Notes: a model not told the origin generated them from the sequence alone. A stretch of 32,576 nucleotides of DNA from Candidatus Uhrbacteria bacterium GW2011_GWC2_41_11 (GCA_000996355.1 LCAH01000007.1:75089-107664), one strand, 5' to 3'; counted from the first letter of the stretch, positions 1-9,411 are shown. Program-made: numbers and translations.

Positions 1-948
1 TCCAAGTGCACGCATGACAAGAAGCATGATGATGGGATTTCCAAAGAGAATGAAAAAAGAAAAGATCATGGCTGGACGAAGAATGATTCCAATATCGGCA
101 AGAGGAAGATGGGTTCCCAGCATGATGAAAAAAAGGACAAGAAAAAAATCACGCAATGGTCGGACACGTGCATGAATTTCGCGTTCAAATGGTGTACCGG
201 AAAGCGAAATACCCGCGATGAGCGCGCCCATTTCTACGCCGAATCCAAAAAAGACAAGCAGACCTGCAACCGCAAAACACCATCCGAGAGCAAAGAGAAG
301 GAGAAGTTCTTGAGAAGCGGCAGCCATACGGACCACGCTTGGCACAACATATTTGGAAAGAAACCAAATAGCGATAACAACAAGTGCTCCTTTTAAAAAA
401 GAAGAACCAAGAACATCTCCAAGCTCACCGCCTTGTTTTAAAGAACCAACAACAAGCAAAATAATCATGGCAATGACGTCCTGAACAAGAAGAAAGCCAA
501 CAGAGATTTTTCCATACAACGTTTCAAGATCATCTTTATCCATAAGAAGTTTGATAATGATGATCGTACTGGAAAAGGAAAAGGCAATGGATAAAAAGAT
601 GCTTGTAATCAAATCAAATCCAAGAGCTCTCGCAACAAACCAGCCGATGAGAGAGGTAAAAAGAACTTGACCTGCACCGCTTGCGAGAGCCACTCCGCCA
701 ACTTCTTTGACGCGTTTCCAATTGAGTCCCATGCCAACGGTAAAAAGAAGAAAAGCAACGCCAATTTGAGAAAGGGTGTCAAAAACATCTGAAGCATGCG
801 TGACAGCAAGCAGATTTGGACCAACAAAAAGTCCAGTGAGAATGTAGGCAATGATGAGCGGTTGACGCAGGAGATACGCGAGAAATGAAAAACCGGCTGC
901 CGCAACAAGCACGCCTCCAATTTCAAAAAACAAACTTTCTAAGGACAT
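1..948 (-). CDS. Cation:proton antiporter (CPA / Na+-H+ exchanger family), N-terminal ~316 aa. The 3' end of the gene lies beyond the window start.
   Basis: The minus-strand frame starting at ATG (revcomp of 946-948) stays open to position 1; I checked codon by codon and found no tta/cta/tca in frame. It is absent from the ORF track, presumably because no stop falls in the window. Translation begins MSLESLFFEIGGVLVAAAGFSFLAYLLRQPLIIAYILTGLFVGPNLL... and is strongly hydrophobic and multi-TM, typical of CPA/Kef-NhaP transporters. The listed ORFs 109..396(+) and 609..926(-) are other frames inside this gene. Confidence 0.65.
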   Translation of the reverse strand, partial: MSLESLFFEIGGVLVAAAGFSFLAYLLRQPLIIAYILTGLFVGPNLLAVTHASDVFDTLSQIGVAFLLFTVGMGLNWKRVKEVGGVALASGAGQVLFTSLIGWFVARALGFDLITSIFLSIAFSFSSTIIIIKLLMDKDDLETLYGKISVGFLLVQDVIAMIILLVVGSLKQGGELGDVLGSSFLKGALVVIAIWFLSKYVVPSVVRMAAASQELLLLFALGWCFAVAGLLVFFGFGVEMGALIAGISLSGTPFEREIHARVRPLRDFFLVLFFIMLGTHLPLADIGIILRPAMIFSFFILFGNPIIMLLVMRALG

Positions 949-1020
949 AGATTACAGACAGTATAGCATATTTTTTTCTTTTTCTGCGTGATATACTTGG
1001 CACATATTTTTCTGTTTTTT

Positions 1021-2814
1021 ATGTCTGAACGCACTTCCATTCGTGATACTATTCGAGTTTACATGAAACACATTCGTCCATATCGAAAGTGGTTTGTGTT
1101 GTTGTTGACAAGTATTGTTGTGGGAGAGGTGTGCGGATTGATTATTCCATGGTTTTACAAACGTTTTTTTGACACGCTCACACAGTCAGGTGTTCCGTCC
1201 ATAGAAACTGGAAAAATATTAATCATAATTCTTCTTGTCATCTTTGGTCTTTCATTTGCCAAATGGTTTGGATATCGCGGAGTGAATTGGATCAACAATT
1301 ATTTGCAGCCGCGTATCATGGCTGATTTAGAACAAACGTCTTTTGCGTATCTCCTTCATCATTCGTATCGTTTCTTCAGTAACAGTTTTGCCGGATCTCT
1401 CGTGCGTAAAGTTCGACGTCTCTCTCGGGCATTTGAAGATTTGATGGATTGTGTTGCATACAAATTTATTCCTATTGCGATCACACTCGTGGGATCGCTT
1501 GTTGCGTTGGGAATGCGCAGTTTGTTTGTGGCTATGGTTACGTGTGTATGGTTTGTTATTTTTATAAGCATCAATTACGCATTTGCCATGTGGAAATTAT
1601 CATACGACCAACGTCGGGCAGCCAAGGATTCGGAAGTAACAGGTGTTTTATCAGATGCATTATCCAATAGTGTAAACATTGATGTATTTGCCGGACATAC
1701 CTATGAGCAATCGCTCTATAAAAAAGTGACGGAAGAATTTAGACGCATGCAAATGTTCACATGGAATCTTGCGGAAATCAATGATGCGATTCAATGGGGT
1801 CTCATGATTGTGATTGAAACAGCTGTTATGTTTTTTGCTGTGCGTCTGTGGGTTCAAGGTCAGATCACGATCGGAGATTTTGCTTTGTTTCAAGGTTATC
1901 TGGTCACGTTGTTTGAACGGATGTGGGATTTAGGTCGTGTGATTCGACGGACCTATGAATCCTTTGCGGATGCAAAGGAAATGGTGGAGATTTTAGAAAC
2001 GCCGCATGAGATTTGTGATGTGCGAAACGCAAAACCTCTTCATGTGACTCGTGGAGAAATTACGTTTCAAGATGTGGTATTCAGTCATCACAAAACACGT
2101 AAGGTGATGGATAAATTTACCATGACGATTCGTCCAAAAGAAAAGGTTGCTTTGGTTGGTCCTTCTGGAGCAGGGAAATCAACGATCACAAAACTTATTT
2201 TGCGTTTTTACGACATTGATAAAGGAAAAATTTGTATTGACGGACAAGATATTCGCCGTGTCACACAAGACAGTTTGCATCAGGCGATTGCTCTTGTTCC
2301 ACAAGAACCTATTTTGTTCCATCGGACCATCATGGAAAATATTCGGTATGGACGTTTGGAAGCCACAGATGAAGAAGTGATAGAAGCGGCAAAGAAAGCT
2401 CAGTGTCACACGTTTATTGAAGAGATGCCTGAAGGATATCAAACATTTGTCGGAGAGCGTGGAGTAAAATTGTCCGGAGGTGAACGTCAACGCGTAGCGA
2501 TTGCTCGGGCGATTTTAAAAGATGTACCTATTTTGATTTTAGATGAAGCCACATCGAGTCTTGATTCTGAATCCGAAACCTTGATCCAGGGAGCACTTGC
2601 AGAACTTATGAAAGGAAAGACAGCCATTGTCGTTGCTCATCGTTTATCAACGATTCTTAAAATGGATCGCATTATTGTGATCGATCATGGGAAGGTTGCG
2701 GCAGCCGGCACTCACACGGAACTCATTCAAACCGAAGGATTGTATAAAAAATTGTGGGAAATTCAGGCAGGCGGATTTCTTTCAGAACCAGAGGTTGAGG
2801 AAGAGGAGGAATAA
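1021..2814 (+). CDS. ABC transporter, fused permease/ATP-binding protein (MsbA/multidrug-exporter type)
   Basis: N-terminal six-TM region, then Walker A GPSGAGKST, ABC signature LSGGERQRVAIARA and Walker B ILILDEATS. The ORF track starts at a GTG at 988; ATG at 1021 (MSERTSIRD...) is the more likely start. Confidence 0.9.
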   Translation: MSERTSIRDTIRVYMKHIRPYRKWFVLLLTSIVVGEVCGLIIPWFYKRFFDTLTQSGVPSIETGKILIIILLVIFGLSFAKWFGYRGVNWINNYLQPRIMADLEQTSFAYLLHHSYRFFSNSFAGSLVRKVRRLSRAFEDLMDCVAYKFIPIAITLVGSLVALGMRSLFVAMVTCVWFVIFISINYAFAMWKLSYDQRRAAKDSEVTGVLSDALSNSVNIDVFAGHTYEQSLYKKVTEEFRRMQMFTWNLAEINDAIQWGLMIVIETAVMFFAVRLWVQGQITIGDFALFQGYLVTLFERMWDLGRVIRRTYESFADAKEMVEILETPHEICDVRNAKPLHVTRGEITFQDVVFSHHKTRKVMDKFTMTIRPKEKVALVGPSGAGKSTITKLILRFYDIDKGKICIDGQDIRRVTQDSLHQAIALVPQEPILFHRTIMENIRYGRLEATDEEVIEAAKKAQCHTFIEEMPEGYQTFVGERGVKLSGGERQRVAIARAILKDVPILILDEATSSLDSESETLIQGALAELMKGKTAIVVAHRLSTILKMDRIIVIDHGKVAAAGTHTELIQTEGLYKKLWEIQAGGFLSEPEVEEEEE

Positions 2815-2847
2815 AAAAAAGACTGCATTGATATGCAGTCTTTTTTT
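2813..2847. terminator. Bidirectional intrinsic terminator between the ABC exporter and typA
   Basis: An A-run precedes an 8-bp perfect stem gactgcat/atgcagtc with loop tgat, followed by a T-run of 7. It sits between convergent genes. Confidence 0.6.
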
Positions 2848-2854
2848 GCATGTT

Positions 2855-4687
2855 TTATGCTGAAATAATATGTTTTGCGTTTTCACGTCTGCGAATATTG
2901 CTGTCAAGAATCGCTTTGCGTACACGCAAGGATTTTGGTGTGACTTCGAGTAATTCATCATCTCCAATGTATTCAAGAGCCATTTCAAGGGTCATGTCTC
3001 GTGGTGGTTCAAGAGAAACAGATGATCCATCTCCTTTTGAACGCATATTGGAAAGTTTCTTTTCTTTGCATGGGTTCACTTCAATATCTTCCACACGACT
3101 GTATTGCCCTACAACCATACCCGCATACACTTCGACGGCTGGCCCCACAAACAATGCGCCGCGTTCCTGGAGGTTCGTGAGTGCATAGCCCATCGTTGTT
3201 CCGTTTTCCATGGAAATCATGGATCCGTGTTCATTGGCAGAAATTTCTCCAACAGACGGTCGGTATCCAAGAAGAAGAGTATTCAAAATTCCCAACCCTT
3301 TTGTATCTGTCATGAATTCTGTTCGATATCCGATAAGACCGCGTGTTGGAATTTCAAATTCCAAATAGGCTGTCCCGTTTTCAATGCGCATGTCTTTCAT
3401 TTCTCCGCGGCGTTTTCCCATTTTTTCAATCACGACTCCCGCATTCCCCTCCGGACATTCAATGGAAACCGCTTCAAATGGTTCGGTGAGTTCACTTCCA
3501 ACTTGTTTGAAAATGACTTGTGGTCTGGACACTTCGAGTTCATAGCCTTCGCGGCGCATTTTTTCAATCAAAATGGCAAGATGAAGTTCTCCACGTCCGG
3601 AAACAACAAACCGGCTGTCTCCTTCCCCTTTTTCTACACGTAAAGCAACGTCATTTAACAGTTCTCGTTCCAGACGTTCTTTCACATGTCTGGCTGTAGA
3701 AAATGTCCCTTCATTTCCCGCAAATGGAGAAGTATTTGTTCCAAAAGTCATCTTCACAGTCGGTTCTTCAATCGACATAACAGGAAGAGCTATTCCGTTT
3801 ATTGGATCCACAATACTTTCCCCAATTTGAACATTTTCAATTCCAGCTATGGCAACAATTTCCCCTGCTTCGGCTTCAGAAATATCTTTGCGGCCAAGGG
3901 TATCAAAGACTTGCAAAGCAATAATTTTTCCGGATTTTTCCACGCCATCACGATCGATGTGTTTGATCGTTTGCCCTTGACGCACCACACCATTTTCCAC
4001 ACGACCGATCGCAATACGTCCTTTGTAGTTATCGTAAAAAATATTTGCAACGGAGATTTGCAGTGGAGCGGATGCATCACCTTCCGGACCTGGAATATGT
4101 TCAAGAACCGCATCAAGAATAGGAGAGATATCTGTCATCTTTTCCATGTCCGGTTCCATGCCAGCCACACCATTTACTGCTGAAGCATAGACGACAGGGA
4201 AGTTGGCTTGTTCTTCTGTGGCACCCAAATCAATAAAGAGATCGAAGGTTTTATTCAAAACCCAATCCGGACGCGCATCTTTTTTGTCCACTTTATTAAT
4301 AATGACAATGAGTTTGTGACCGGCCTCAATGGCTTTTTTCAATACAAATTTTGTCTGAGGCATCGGACCTTCTTTTGCATCAACCAGAAGAAGACACCCA
4401 TCAACAAGGGACATGATGCGTTCCACTTCACCGCCAAAATCTGCGTGTCCCGGAGTGTCTACAATATTGATCTTTTTTTCTTTCCATTGAATGGATGCAT
4501 TTTTTGCAAAAATAGTGATTCCACGCTCGCGTTCAAGTTCATTTGAATCCATGATTGTTGTTCCCATCGCATCTGCATCACGAAATGCGTGCGACTGTTT
4601 TAAGAGGGCATCAACGAGTGTTGTTTTCCCATGGTCGACGTGGGCGATAATGGCAATATTGCGGATATCATCTCTCATAACTGACAT
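2855..4687 (-). CDS. typA: Translational GTPase TypA/BipA
   Basis: [23 protein letters not shown]1 motif, [13 protein letters not shown], and the full-length EF-G-like domain order. The ORF track extends to 4723. I prefer MSVMRDD at 4687 because a GGACGT..ACGTCC hairpin occupies 4700-4721. Confidence 0.88.
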   Translation of the reverse strand: MSVMRDDIRNIAIIAHVDHGKTTLVDALLKQSHAFRDADAMGTTIMDSNELERERGITIFAKNASIQWKEKKINIVDTPGHADFGGEVERIMSLVDGCLLLVDAKEGPMPQTKFVLKKAIEAGHKLIVIINKVDKKDARPDWVLNKTFDLFIDLGATEEQANFPVVYASAVNGVAGMEPDMEKMTDISPILDAVLEHIPGPEGDASAPLQISVANIFYDNYKGRIAIGRVENGVVRQGQTIKHIDRDGVEKSGKIIALQVFDTLGRKDISEAEAGEIVAIAGIENVQIGESIVDPINGIALPVMSIEEPTVKMTFGTNTSPFAGNEGTFSTARHVKERLERELLNDVALRVEKGEGDSRFVVSGRGELHLAILIEKMRREGYELEVSRPQVIFKQVGSELTEPFEAVSIECPEGNAGVVIEKMGKRRGEMKDMRIENGTAYLEFEIPTRGLIGYRTEFMTDTKGLGILNTLLLGYRPSVGEISANEHGSMISMENGTTMGYALTNLQERGALFVGPAVEVYAGMVVGQYSRVEDIEVNPCKEKKLSNMRSKGDGSSVSLEPPRDMTLEMALEYIGDDELLEVTPKSLRVRKAILDSNIRRRENAKHIISA

Positions 4688-4804
4688 AATAAACTCTAAA
4701 AAAGGACGTGTACGTCCTGTCATAAATAGCTCGCCGATGATACCGGAAAATGAATGGTTTTGTCAATGGATTTGATTTTGTTTGATATATACGTCATTTA
4801 TCCT

Positions 4805-4831
4805 TGACAAAATGTATTATTCTGTTATTTT
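4805..4831 (+). promoter_or_regulatory. Putative sigma70-type promoter for the two-gene operon of unknown function
   Basis: TTGACA at 4805-4810, then an extended -10 TGtTATTTT about 15 nt downstream. The spacing is short and the -10 is weak. Confidence 0.3.
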
Positions 4832-4875
4832 TCTATCAGTTTTTCTGGTCTGTGTTTTTGTGGAGGAAAAAAGAA

Positions 4876-5112
4876 ATGAGTGAAAAAGAAAAATGGGATC
4901 CGAAGGCACGATGGATGTTGATATATGCCAAAGATCTGAAGATTCCGACCGGGACGGATCCGAAGAATGTAGAGATGAAAAATTCTCGATCGTATTTTGA
5001 GATGATGTGGTTTGTCGCGTGGAACAAAACCGCGCGCGAAGCCGTGCTTGCAGGTCGTGCTCGGATCTTTGAAATCACAGACGACAAACAACACCAGCAT
5101 CAGAAAGGGTAA
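4876..5112 (+). CDS. Hypothetical small protein (78 aa)
   Basis: Strong RBS tGGAGGaaaaaagaaATG. The longer TTG start of the ORF track (4804) overlaps the -35 box. No recognisable motif. Confidence 0.5.
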   Translation: MSEKEKWDPKARWMLIYAKDLKIPTGTDPKNVEMKNSRSYFEMMWFVAWNKTAREAVLAGRARIFEITDDKQHQHQKG

Positions 5113-5115
5113 AAA

Positions 5116-5679
5116 ATGTCCGTTCGACTGTCACGCGAAAAACGTCATCCCATTCTCGTCTTTGTTGGGGTTCCTCATTTCCACATCATTGTGGATGGAG
5201 AGAATCCTTTCCTTATCACAAATTTGGAAACCGGAAGGCGGCTCCTTAGACGAATTGTCACAGATGGATCAGTCTCGGTCGATCAAGCCCAGGCCATCGA
5301 CGGGGAGATGATCCGTGAGGGTCTGGTTGAAAATCTTGAAAAGGTGTTCGAGATGCTGGCAAAATTTGGATCAGCACAAAAAAATGAACATCTTCCAATC
5401 ACGTTTGGCACTTCTGATCGAAGGGGCTACAGATACGGAATTCTCCGTATTGTTGGACTCCATAACGAGCGAGTCGACTTCTGCCCAATCATGACGAAGA
5501 TTGAATTTTTCAATGCTCTTTCAAAAGAAGTCACCAATGGGACCATCTCTGTACAAGACGGAGCAAGAGCATTCCAGATAGCCAAAGATCTTCCGCTCGA
5601 CAGCGAAGATTTTGAAAAGAAAACAGGAGAGAATTATGGACATATTCCCTACACAAATAGGGAAGTTCGTAACAGGTGA
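5116..5679 (+). CDS. Hypothetical protein (187 aa), coupled to the preceding ORF
   Basis: Its start lies 3 nt after the upstream stop. Composition is coding-like. No recognisable family motif. Confidence 0.55.
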   Translation: MSVRLSREKRHPILVFVGVPHFHIIVDGENPFLITNLETGRRLLRRIVTDGSVSVDQAQAIDGEMIREGLVENLEKVFEMLAKFGSAQKNEHLPITFGTSDRRGYRYGILRIVGLHNERVDFCPIMTKIEFFNALSKEVTNGTISVQDGARAFQIAKDLPLDSEDFEKKTGENYGHIPYTNREVRNR

Positions 5680-5689
5680 GCGAATTTAG

Positions 5690-5762
5690 GATCGAGTACC
5701 ATTCTGTGCTCGATTTTTTTATCACAAAATACAGACCAAAAAAATGATCTGTATTTTACATG
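5690..5762. terminator. Two hairpins separating the convergent unknown operon and the radical-SAM gene
   Basis: atcgag..ctcgat stem followed by a T-run of 7 (plus strand). A second 9-bp stem aaatacaga/tctgtattt is followed by a T-rich tract on the minus strand. Confidence 0.5.
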
Positions 5763-5766
5763 ATTC

Positions 5767-7464
5767 CTACACCAATTCCATTTGTGAATGTGGCGCAACC
5801 ACAGCGTCTCTAAAGGTTTGCTTCATCGCTGGATCAATATCGGATTCATCAATCTCCTTCATCATTTTTTCTGATGTCATAGCATAATGACCAAGCAAAA
5901 CTCTTGTATGTAAAGAGACTAATTTATCAGCTGTGACGGTTGGATCAGTAAGATATTGTTTGACAATACTATGTGACGAAGAAAAATATGCTTCTTGCAA
6001 TTCTTCTTTAGGAGTTTCAACCATTTTTCTTAATTGTTTTGGCCATACGGTCTGTTGATCCTCGGTTATTCTTCCTTCTGCGACAAAATCCTGAAGAAGA
6101 CGAATCGAAACATACAGACGAGTCGCATCTTCTTCAAAAAGAAGTCTTGCGTAAAAATCACGGAGTCCGGAACACACCGCCCGCTCGACTGCCTTAGGAT
6201 TAACCTCAGCAACAATCGCTTGAATTGCTTTTGTTCCTTTTTCGAGTTCTCCTAATGTCAAGACATCTGCCAAATTTTTTTCAATAATCTGTTTATAATC
6301 TTCTGTATATATAGAGGTCTCTACTTCCGGCGCTGATGCTCCCCAGATGGTTGAAGTCCCATCATAGAACGTCAAAAAGTCCAACCCATTTTCTTGCTCT
6401 CCATTAAAATGGACAGGCATATTTCCTTTTCTCCGCTCGTCAATGAAATCATCAAATGTTTGAACATTTTTTGCCACCTGCTTTCTATCATGCAAATTTG
6501 TAAGCGCTGAAGCATCAAAGAGCTGGGTGTATTCAATAGTAAAAGTCAGACCATTTTCCAGTTCAACCTCTTTTTTATGCATCATTCCTTGTCTTGTTTC
6601 TTTTGAGGATTTAACGGACAACTGCGCTAACAATCCATCCACGGTCGTATCACCTTCCATGGTATGAAAAAGTAATTTCATTCTTGAACCACTCATGCCA
6701 TTTTTGGAAAACCACTCAACAATATTTTTTACGTAATCAAAACTTCCGCTGTTTGAAAGACGAGAAAAATGACCTTCATCCAAACTTACTCGTACCGTTG
6801 TCGTGGAATGATGCGGATTTTCTTGTGTACTCTCACGGAGAGCATCTAATGTACGTTCTGCACCATTTTTCCCTTTTGCCCAATAGGCGCTTGTCACAAC
6901 AACAAAGTCCTTCACTTTTACACTACGGGCTAAACTATTAATTTTGTCTTTACTCATCAAAGGTTCCCCACCACCAGAAACAACCATTTTCAATATTTTT
7001 CCTTCTTTGGTAAATTGAATAATTTTTTCAATTCCTTCTGGAGTAATTTCTGTTTCCACCGTTCTTTTATCCTTGGTTGGTGATCGGAAAAAACAAAACT
7101 CACAACTCACAGGACAAACCTTATTCATCCACATGTAAAAAATACTTCCTCCTTCAAATCTTTCTTTTGGCTCAACAGAAATGGTTTCCAAAATCAAATT
7201 TCTCCATCTTTCAGATGCATCAAAACATTCCCGTGCGACTTCTATCCGTGATTTACCCTCTATTCTTTCAGCTTCCGGAAGCTTATTCCACGTCTCTAAT
7301 TCTCCGATACCATCTTTTTCTCTCCGTCTCTTTTTTCTTTCTCCCAGAGGATGTTGACCGAGTTCTATTGGCCACGGTGTTGTTGAAGTTGGTTTTTTTT
7401 CTGATATTTCCTCCCTTTCTTTATCCGATTCTATTGGTAAAAATTCTGTTGATCTCTCTTTCAT
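5767..7464 (-). CDS. Radical SAM enzyme (565 aa), with a ~110-aa charged N-terminal extension and a ~300-aa C-terminal extension
   Basis: CPVSCEFCFF (CxxxCxxC) at about residue 128 and glycine-rich VVSGGGEPL. There is no second cysteine cluster (no SPASM, no B12 motif). The start lies 17 nt downstream of the NTase gene stop. Confidence 0.8.
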   Translation of the reverse strand: MKERSTEFLPIESDKEREEISEKKPTSTTPWPIELGQHPLGERKKRRREKDGIGELETWNKLPEAERIEGKSRIEVARECFDASERWRNLILETISVEPKERFEGGSIFYMWMNKVCPVSCEFCFFRSPTKDKRTVETEITPEGIEKIIQFTKEGKILKMVVSGGGEPLMSKDKINSLARSVKVKDFVVVTSAYWAKGKNGAERTLDALRESTQENPHHSTTTVRVSLDEGHFSRLSNSGSFDYVKNIVEWFSKNGMSGSRMKLLFHTMEGDTTVDGLLAQLSVKSSKETRQGMMHKKEVELENGLTFTIEYTQLFDASALTNLHDRKQVAKNVQTFDDFIDERRKGNMPVHFNGEQENGLDFLTFYDGTSTIWGASAPEVETSIYTEDYKQIIEKNLADVLTLGELEKGTKAIQAIVAEVNPKAVERAVCSGLRDFYARLLFEEDATRLYVSIRLLQDFVAEGRITEDQQTVWPKQLRKMVETPKEELQEAYFSSSHSIVKQYLTDPTVTADKLVSLHTRVLLGHYAMTSEKMMKEIDESDIDPAMKQTFRDAVVAPHSQMELV

Positions 7465-7481
7465 ATAAATTTTGTTGAAAA

Positions 7482-8810
7482 TCAGTATTTAAAATCTTCC
7501 TCAAATTTTGCTTTAAATTTTTTATCTAACTTCGAAACTAAAAGATCTTTTTTAATTTCATCGGTAATATAAAAATTTTCACTTATGATTCGTAAAATAT
7601 ATTCTAATCCGGGTGTGTTGCTAAAACGTTTCACAATATAATGCAGTATTTCCGGAGAGGTTGAACGTACGGCAAATGGAACCAATTCATTCCAGCCCGG
7701 ATTTTTTAATGCATCCAAGACATCTTCATCAAGACTCGTCTTTGCTTTCGCCATCTCCCATAAATCAACGGATTCTTGATGACGGGAGGCAACATTCTTA
7801 TATAATTTTTCTACCAATTCATGAATGCTTGCCTTTGCATTGGCATACACATACATAAATTCATCCAAGGATTTTATTCCTTGTTTTTTTAATGTTCCTT
7901 CTATGACATGATAACAATGTTCTAGAGACGAGTCACTTAAATATAATAAATGTTCATCCTTTGTTTTTTCGTTTTCACGCCACAAAGTAATTTTTGTTAA
8001 TAAAATCAATTCTATGGCATTTTGTACCCGTTTTTGTTCTTCGGGTGAAACGACACCATCCTGCAGAAGAGTATCCAAACACACAAAAGCAGCCGGTTTT
8101 TCTTGTGATATACTCGCCTTTTCTTTTTCTATTGCTAAAAACCAATCTAAAAAAATAATATCTCGAGTCGCTCCAAAATCATATTTTAAATCTTGTCCGA
8201 ACTTCGTTTTTTTTGTTGGGTAATTATATTTATGAAATAGATTATATACCGTGATGAAACGTCTCTCCTTGTCCTGACGACTATCTTGTTTTTCAATCAA
8301 ATCTCTATGTTTTTCAGCAATATCATTATTTCCTACAATAAACCTCGCCTCTATAGCGTTCGTATACTCAATCATGTGGGGACAATTTTCTTTTTTTACA
8401 GCATCAAGTGAATGCCATTTCGCAATATCAACTTCAAAAGGCAAAGCACGAATTTTCTGCTTCAATTCTTCTTTAATATATACCGGACAATCATCCTTAA
8501 AAATCAAACCAATATCAATATCAGATCCTGGTAACATCAAATCTCTTGCCGGAGAACCAAAAATAAAGAGAGAGAAAGGAAGTTCTGAAGGGTCAATATG
8601 TAAACGTGTAGCAAATTCATCAGCTATGTGTTTCAGGGAATCTCGAACCAACGCACCCATCCTCTCCGCAGATTCAAGGACACTGATTTTACCCATAATG
8701 ACATCTTCACCCATTCCTTCGATGTTTTTTCTTGCTTGTTCAGTCGATTCTTTTTTCGGATCTTTCACTCCAAAAAATTCAAACTCTACAGATTTTGCTT
8801 TGTCTGACAT
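7482..8810 (-). CDS. Pol-beta-superfamily nucleotidyltransferase with a GlnD/GlnE-DUF294-like helical domain (442 aa)
   Basis: FGSPARDLMLPGSDIDIGLIF matches the minimal NTase G[SG]...D.D motif. A downstream helical region carries KYDFGATRDIIF, reminiscent of the GGxRDIEF motif of GlnE/GlnD/DUF294_C. Confidence 0.72.
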   Translation of the reverse strand: MSDKAKSVEFEFFGVKDPKKESTEQARKNIEGMGEDVIMGKISVLESAERMGALVRDSLKHIADEFATRLHIDPSELPFSLFIFGSPARDLMLPGSDIDIGLIFKDDCPVYIKEELKQKIRALPFEVDIAKWHSLDAVKKENCPHMIEYTNAIEARFIVGNNDIAEKHRDLIEKQDSRQDKERRFITVYNLFHKYNYPTKKTKFGQDLKYDFGATRDIIFLDWFLAIEKEKASISQEKPAAFVCLDTLLQDGVVSPEEQKRVQNAIELILLTKITLWRENEKTKDEHLLYLSDSSLEHCYHVIEGTLKKQGIKSLDEFMYVYANAKASIHELVEKLYKNVASRHQESVDLWEMAKAKTSLDEDVLDALKNPGWNELVPFAVRSTSPEILHYIVKRFSNTPGLEYILRIISENFYITDEIKKDLLVSKLDKKFKAKFEEDFKY

Positions 8811-8861
8811 AAATTTTTTTTAATGATAAACCTTCATAAATTTTATTACAAATTCAGGAAA

Positions 8862-8892
8862 CAAAAAAGTCGCTCTGTTAAGCGATTCTTTT
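8862..8892 (-). terminator. Intrinsic terminator (minus strand) between the tRNA and the NTase operon
   Basis: Stem tcgct/agcga followed by CTTTTTTG on the minus strand. Confidence 0.4.
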
Positions 8893-8940
8893 GATGGCTC
8901 CGCCATGCACCATACGGTGCAGAGTTCAACACAATTTATA

Positions 8941-8972
8941 AAAAACAAAAACCACCACAAAAGTGGAGGTTT
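8941..8972 (-). terminator. Putative terminator just downstream of tRNA-Gln
   Basis: Minus strand reads CCTCCAC-TTTTG-TGGTGG followed by TTTTTGTTTTTT. Confidence 0.45.
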
Positions 8973-8990
8973 GTTGGAGCACTCAGGTGC

Positions 8991-9064
8991 ATGGCTCCGG
9001 GACTTGGATTCGAACCAAGATAAACAGATTCAGAGTCTGTTGTCCTGCCATTAGACGATCCCGG
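8991..9064 (-). tRNA. tRNA-Gln (anticodon CUG)
   Basis: I folded the minus-strand sequence TCCGGGATCGTCTAATGGCAGGACAACAGACTCTGAATCTGTTTATCTTGGTTCGAATCCAAGTCCCGGAGCCA by hand. It gives a 7-bp acceptor stem, a D arm, an anticodon loop CTCTGAA (U33, anticodon CUG, A37), a T arm with TTCGAAT loop, discriminator G and encoded CCA. Confidence 0.85.
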
Positions 9065-9074
9065 AATGCGTCGA

Positions 9075-9104
9075 GAGTGTAACAAAGAAAAAAGAGTCCT
9101 GTCA
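9075..9104 (-). promoter_or_regulatory. Promoter for tRNA-Gln
   Basis: On the minus strand: TTGACA, 17 nt spacer, TACACT, then 7 nt to the tRNA 5' end. Confidence 0.5.
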
Positions 9105-9123
9105 AAGGACTCAGTGAGTTTTT

Positions 9124-9411
9124 TTATTGACTACAATGAATGCAGATTGGTTGAGATTTTGGAAGCCATCCTGGAGAAACAATACGCAGATTACCTTCAT
9201 AATAATTATTGATTTCGTGTTGTCTCATCCGTTCTTCTGCATCTTCTTGTGAAGAACAAATGGTAATTTCTTCAATTTCCGTGCCTGTTTCTAACACGAT
9301 AGTGAATGTACGATTTGGTAAATGGTCTTGCCCAATCATGATAAGAATTTCTTTTTTTGTTCCATCAATGGCGATGTAATATGTTTTTCTTCCATCTGTT
9401 TGGATAACCAT
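9124..9411 (-). CDS. Small hypothetical protein (95 aa), paralog B of a tandem pair
   Basis: RBS AAGGAGGaaatgtcATG. About 40% identical to the upstream ORF (shared KTY.I..DGT..EI.I.IGQDHL....F.IV.ET.TEIEE, C-terminal PGW). Confidence 0.6.
   Translation of the reverse strand: MVIQTDGRKTYYIAIDGTKKEILIMIGQDHLPNRTFTIVLETGTEIEEITICSSQEDAEERMRQHEINNYYEGNLRIVSPGWLPKSQPICIHCSQ

Noticed and set aside
109-396. Plus-strand 95-aa Lys-rich ORF, and the minus ORFs 185..367 and 609..926
   Set aside because: They lie inside, and out of frame with, a long uninterrupted minus-strand frame encoding a multi-TM antiporter that starts at 948. Their composition is antisense-like.
2850-4775. Multiple plus-strand ORFs (2850..3188, 3104..3643, 3686..4183, 4208..4546, 4491..4775) overlapping typA
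   Set aside because: All lie within the well-supported TypA coding region on the other strand.
4812-4883. 23-codon hydrophobic uORF (MYYSVIFLSVFLVCVFVEEKRNE) overlapping the RBS of the 4876 gene
   Set aside because: Its ATG lies immediately after the putative -35 box, so it would be upstream of the transcription start. Hydrophobicity is explained by T-richness.
8895-8902. 8-nt copy (tggctccg) of the tRNA-Gln 3' terminus about 90 nt downstream, as a possible att scar
   Set aside because: An 8-mer is expected by chance about once in a 32-kb double-stranded window, and no integrase is present.
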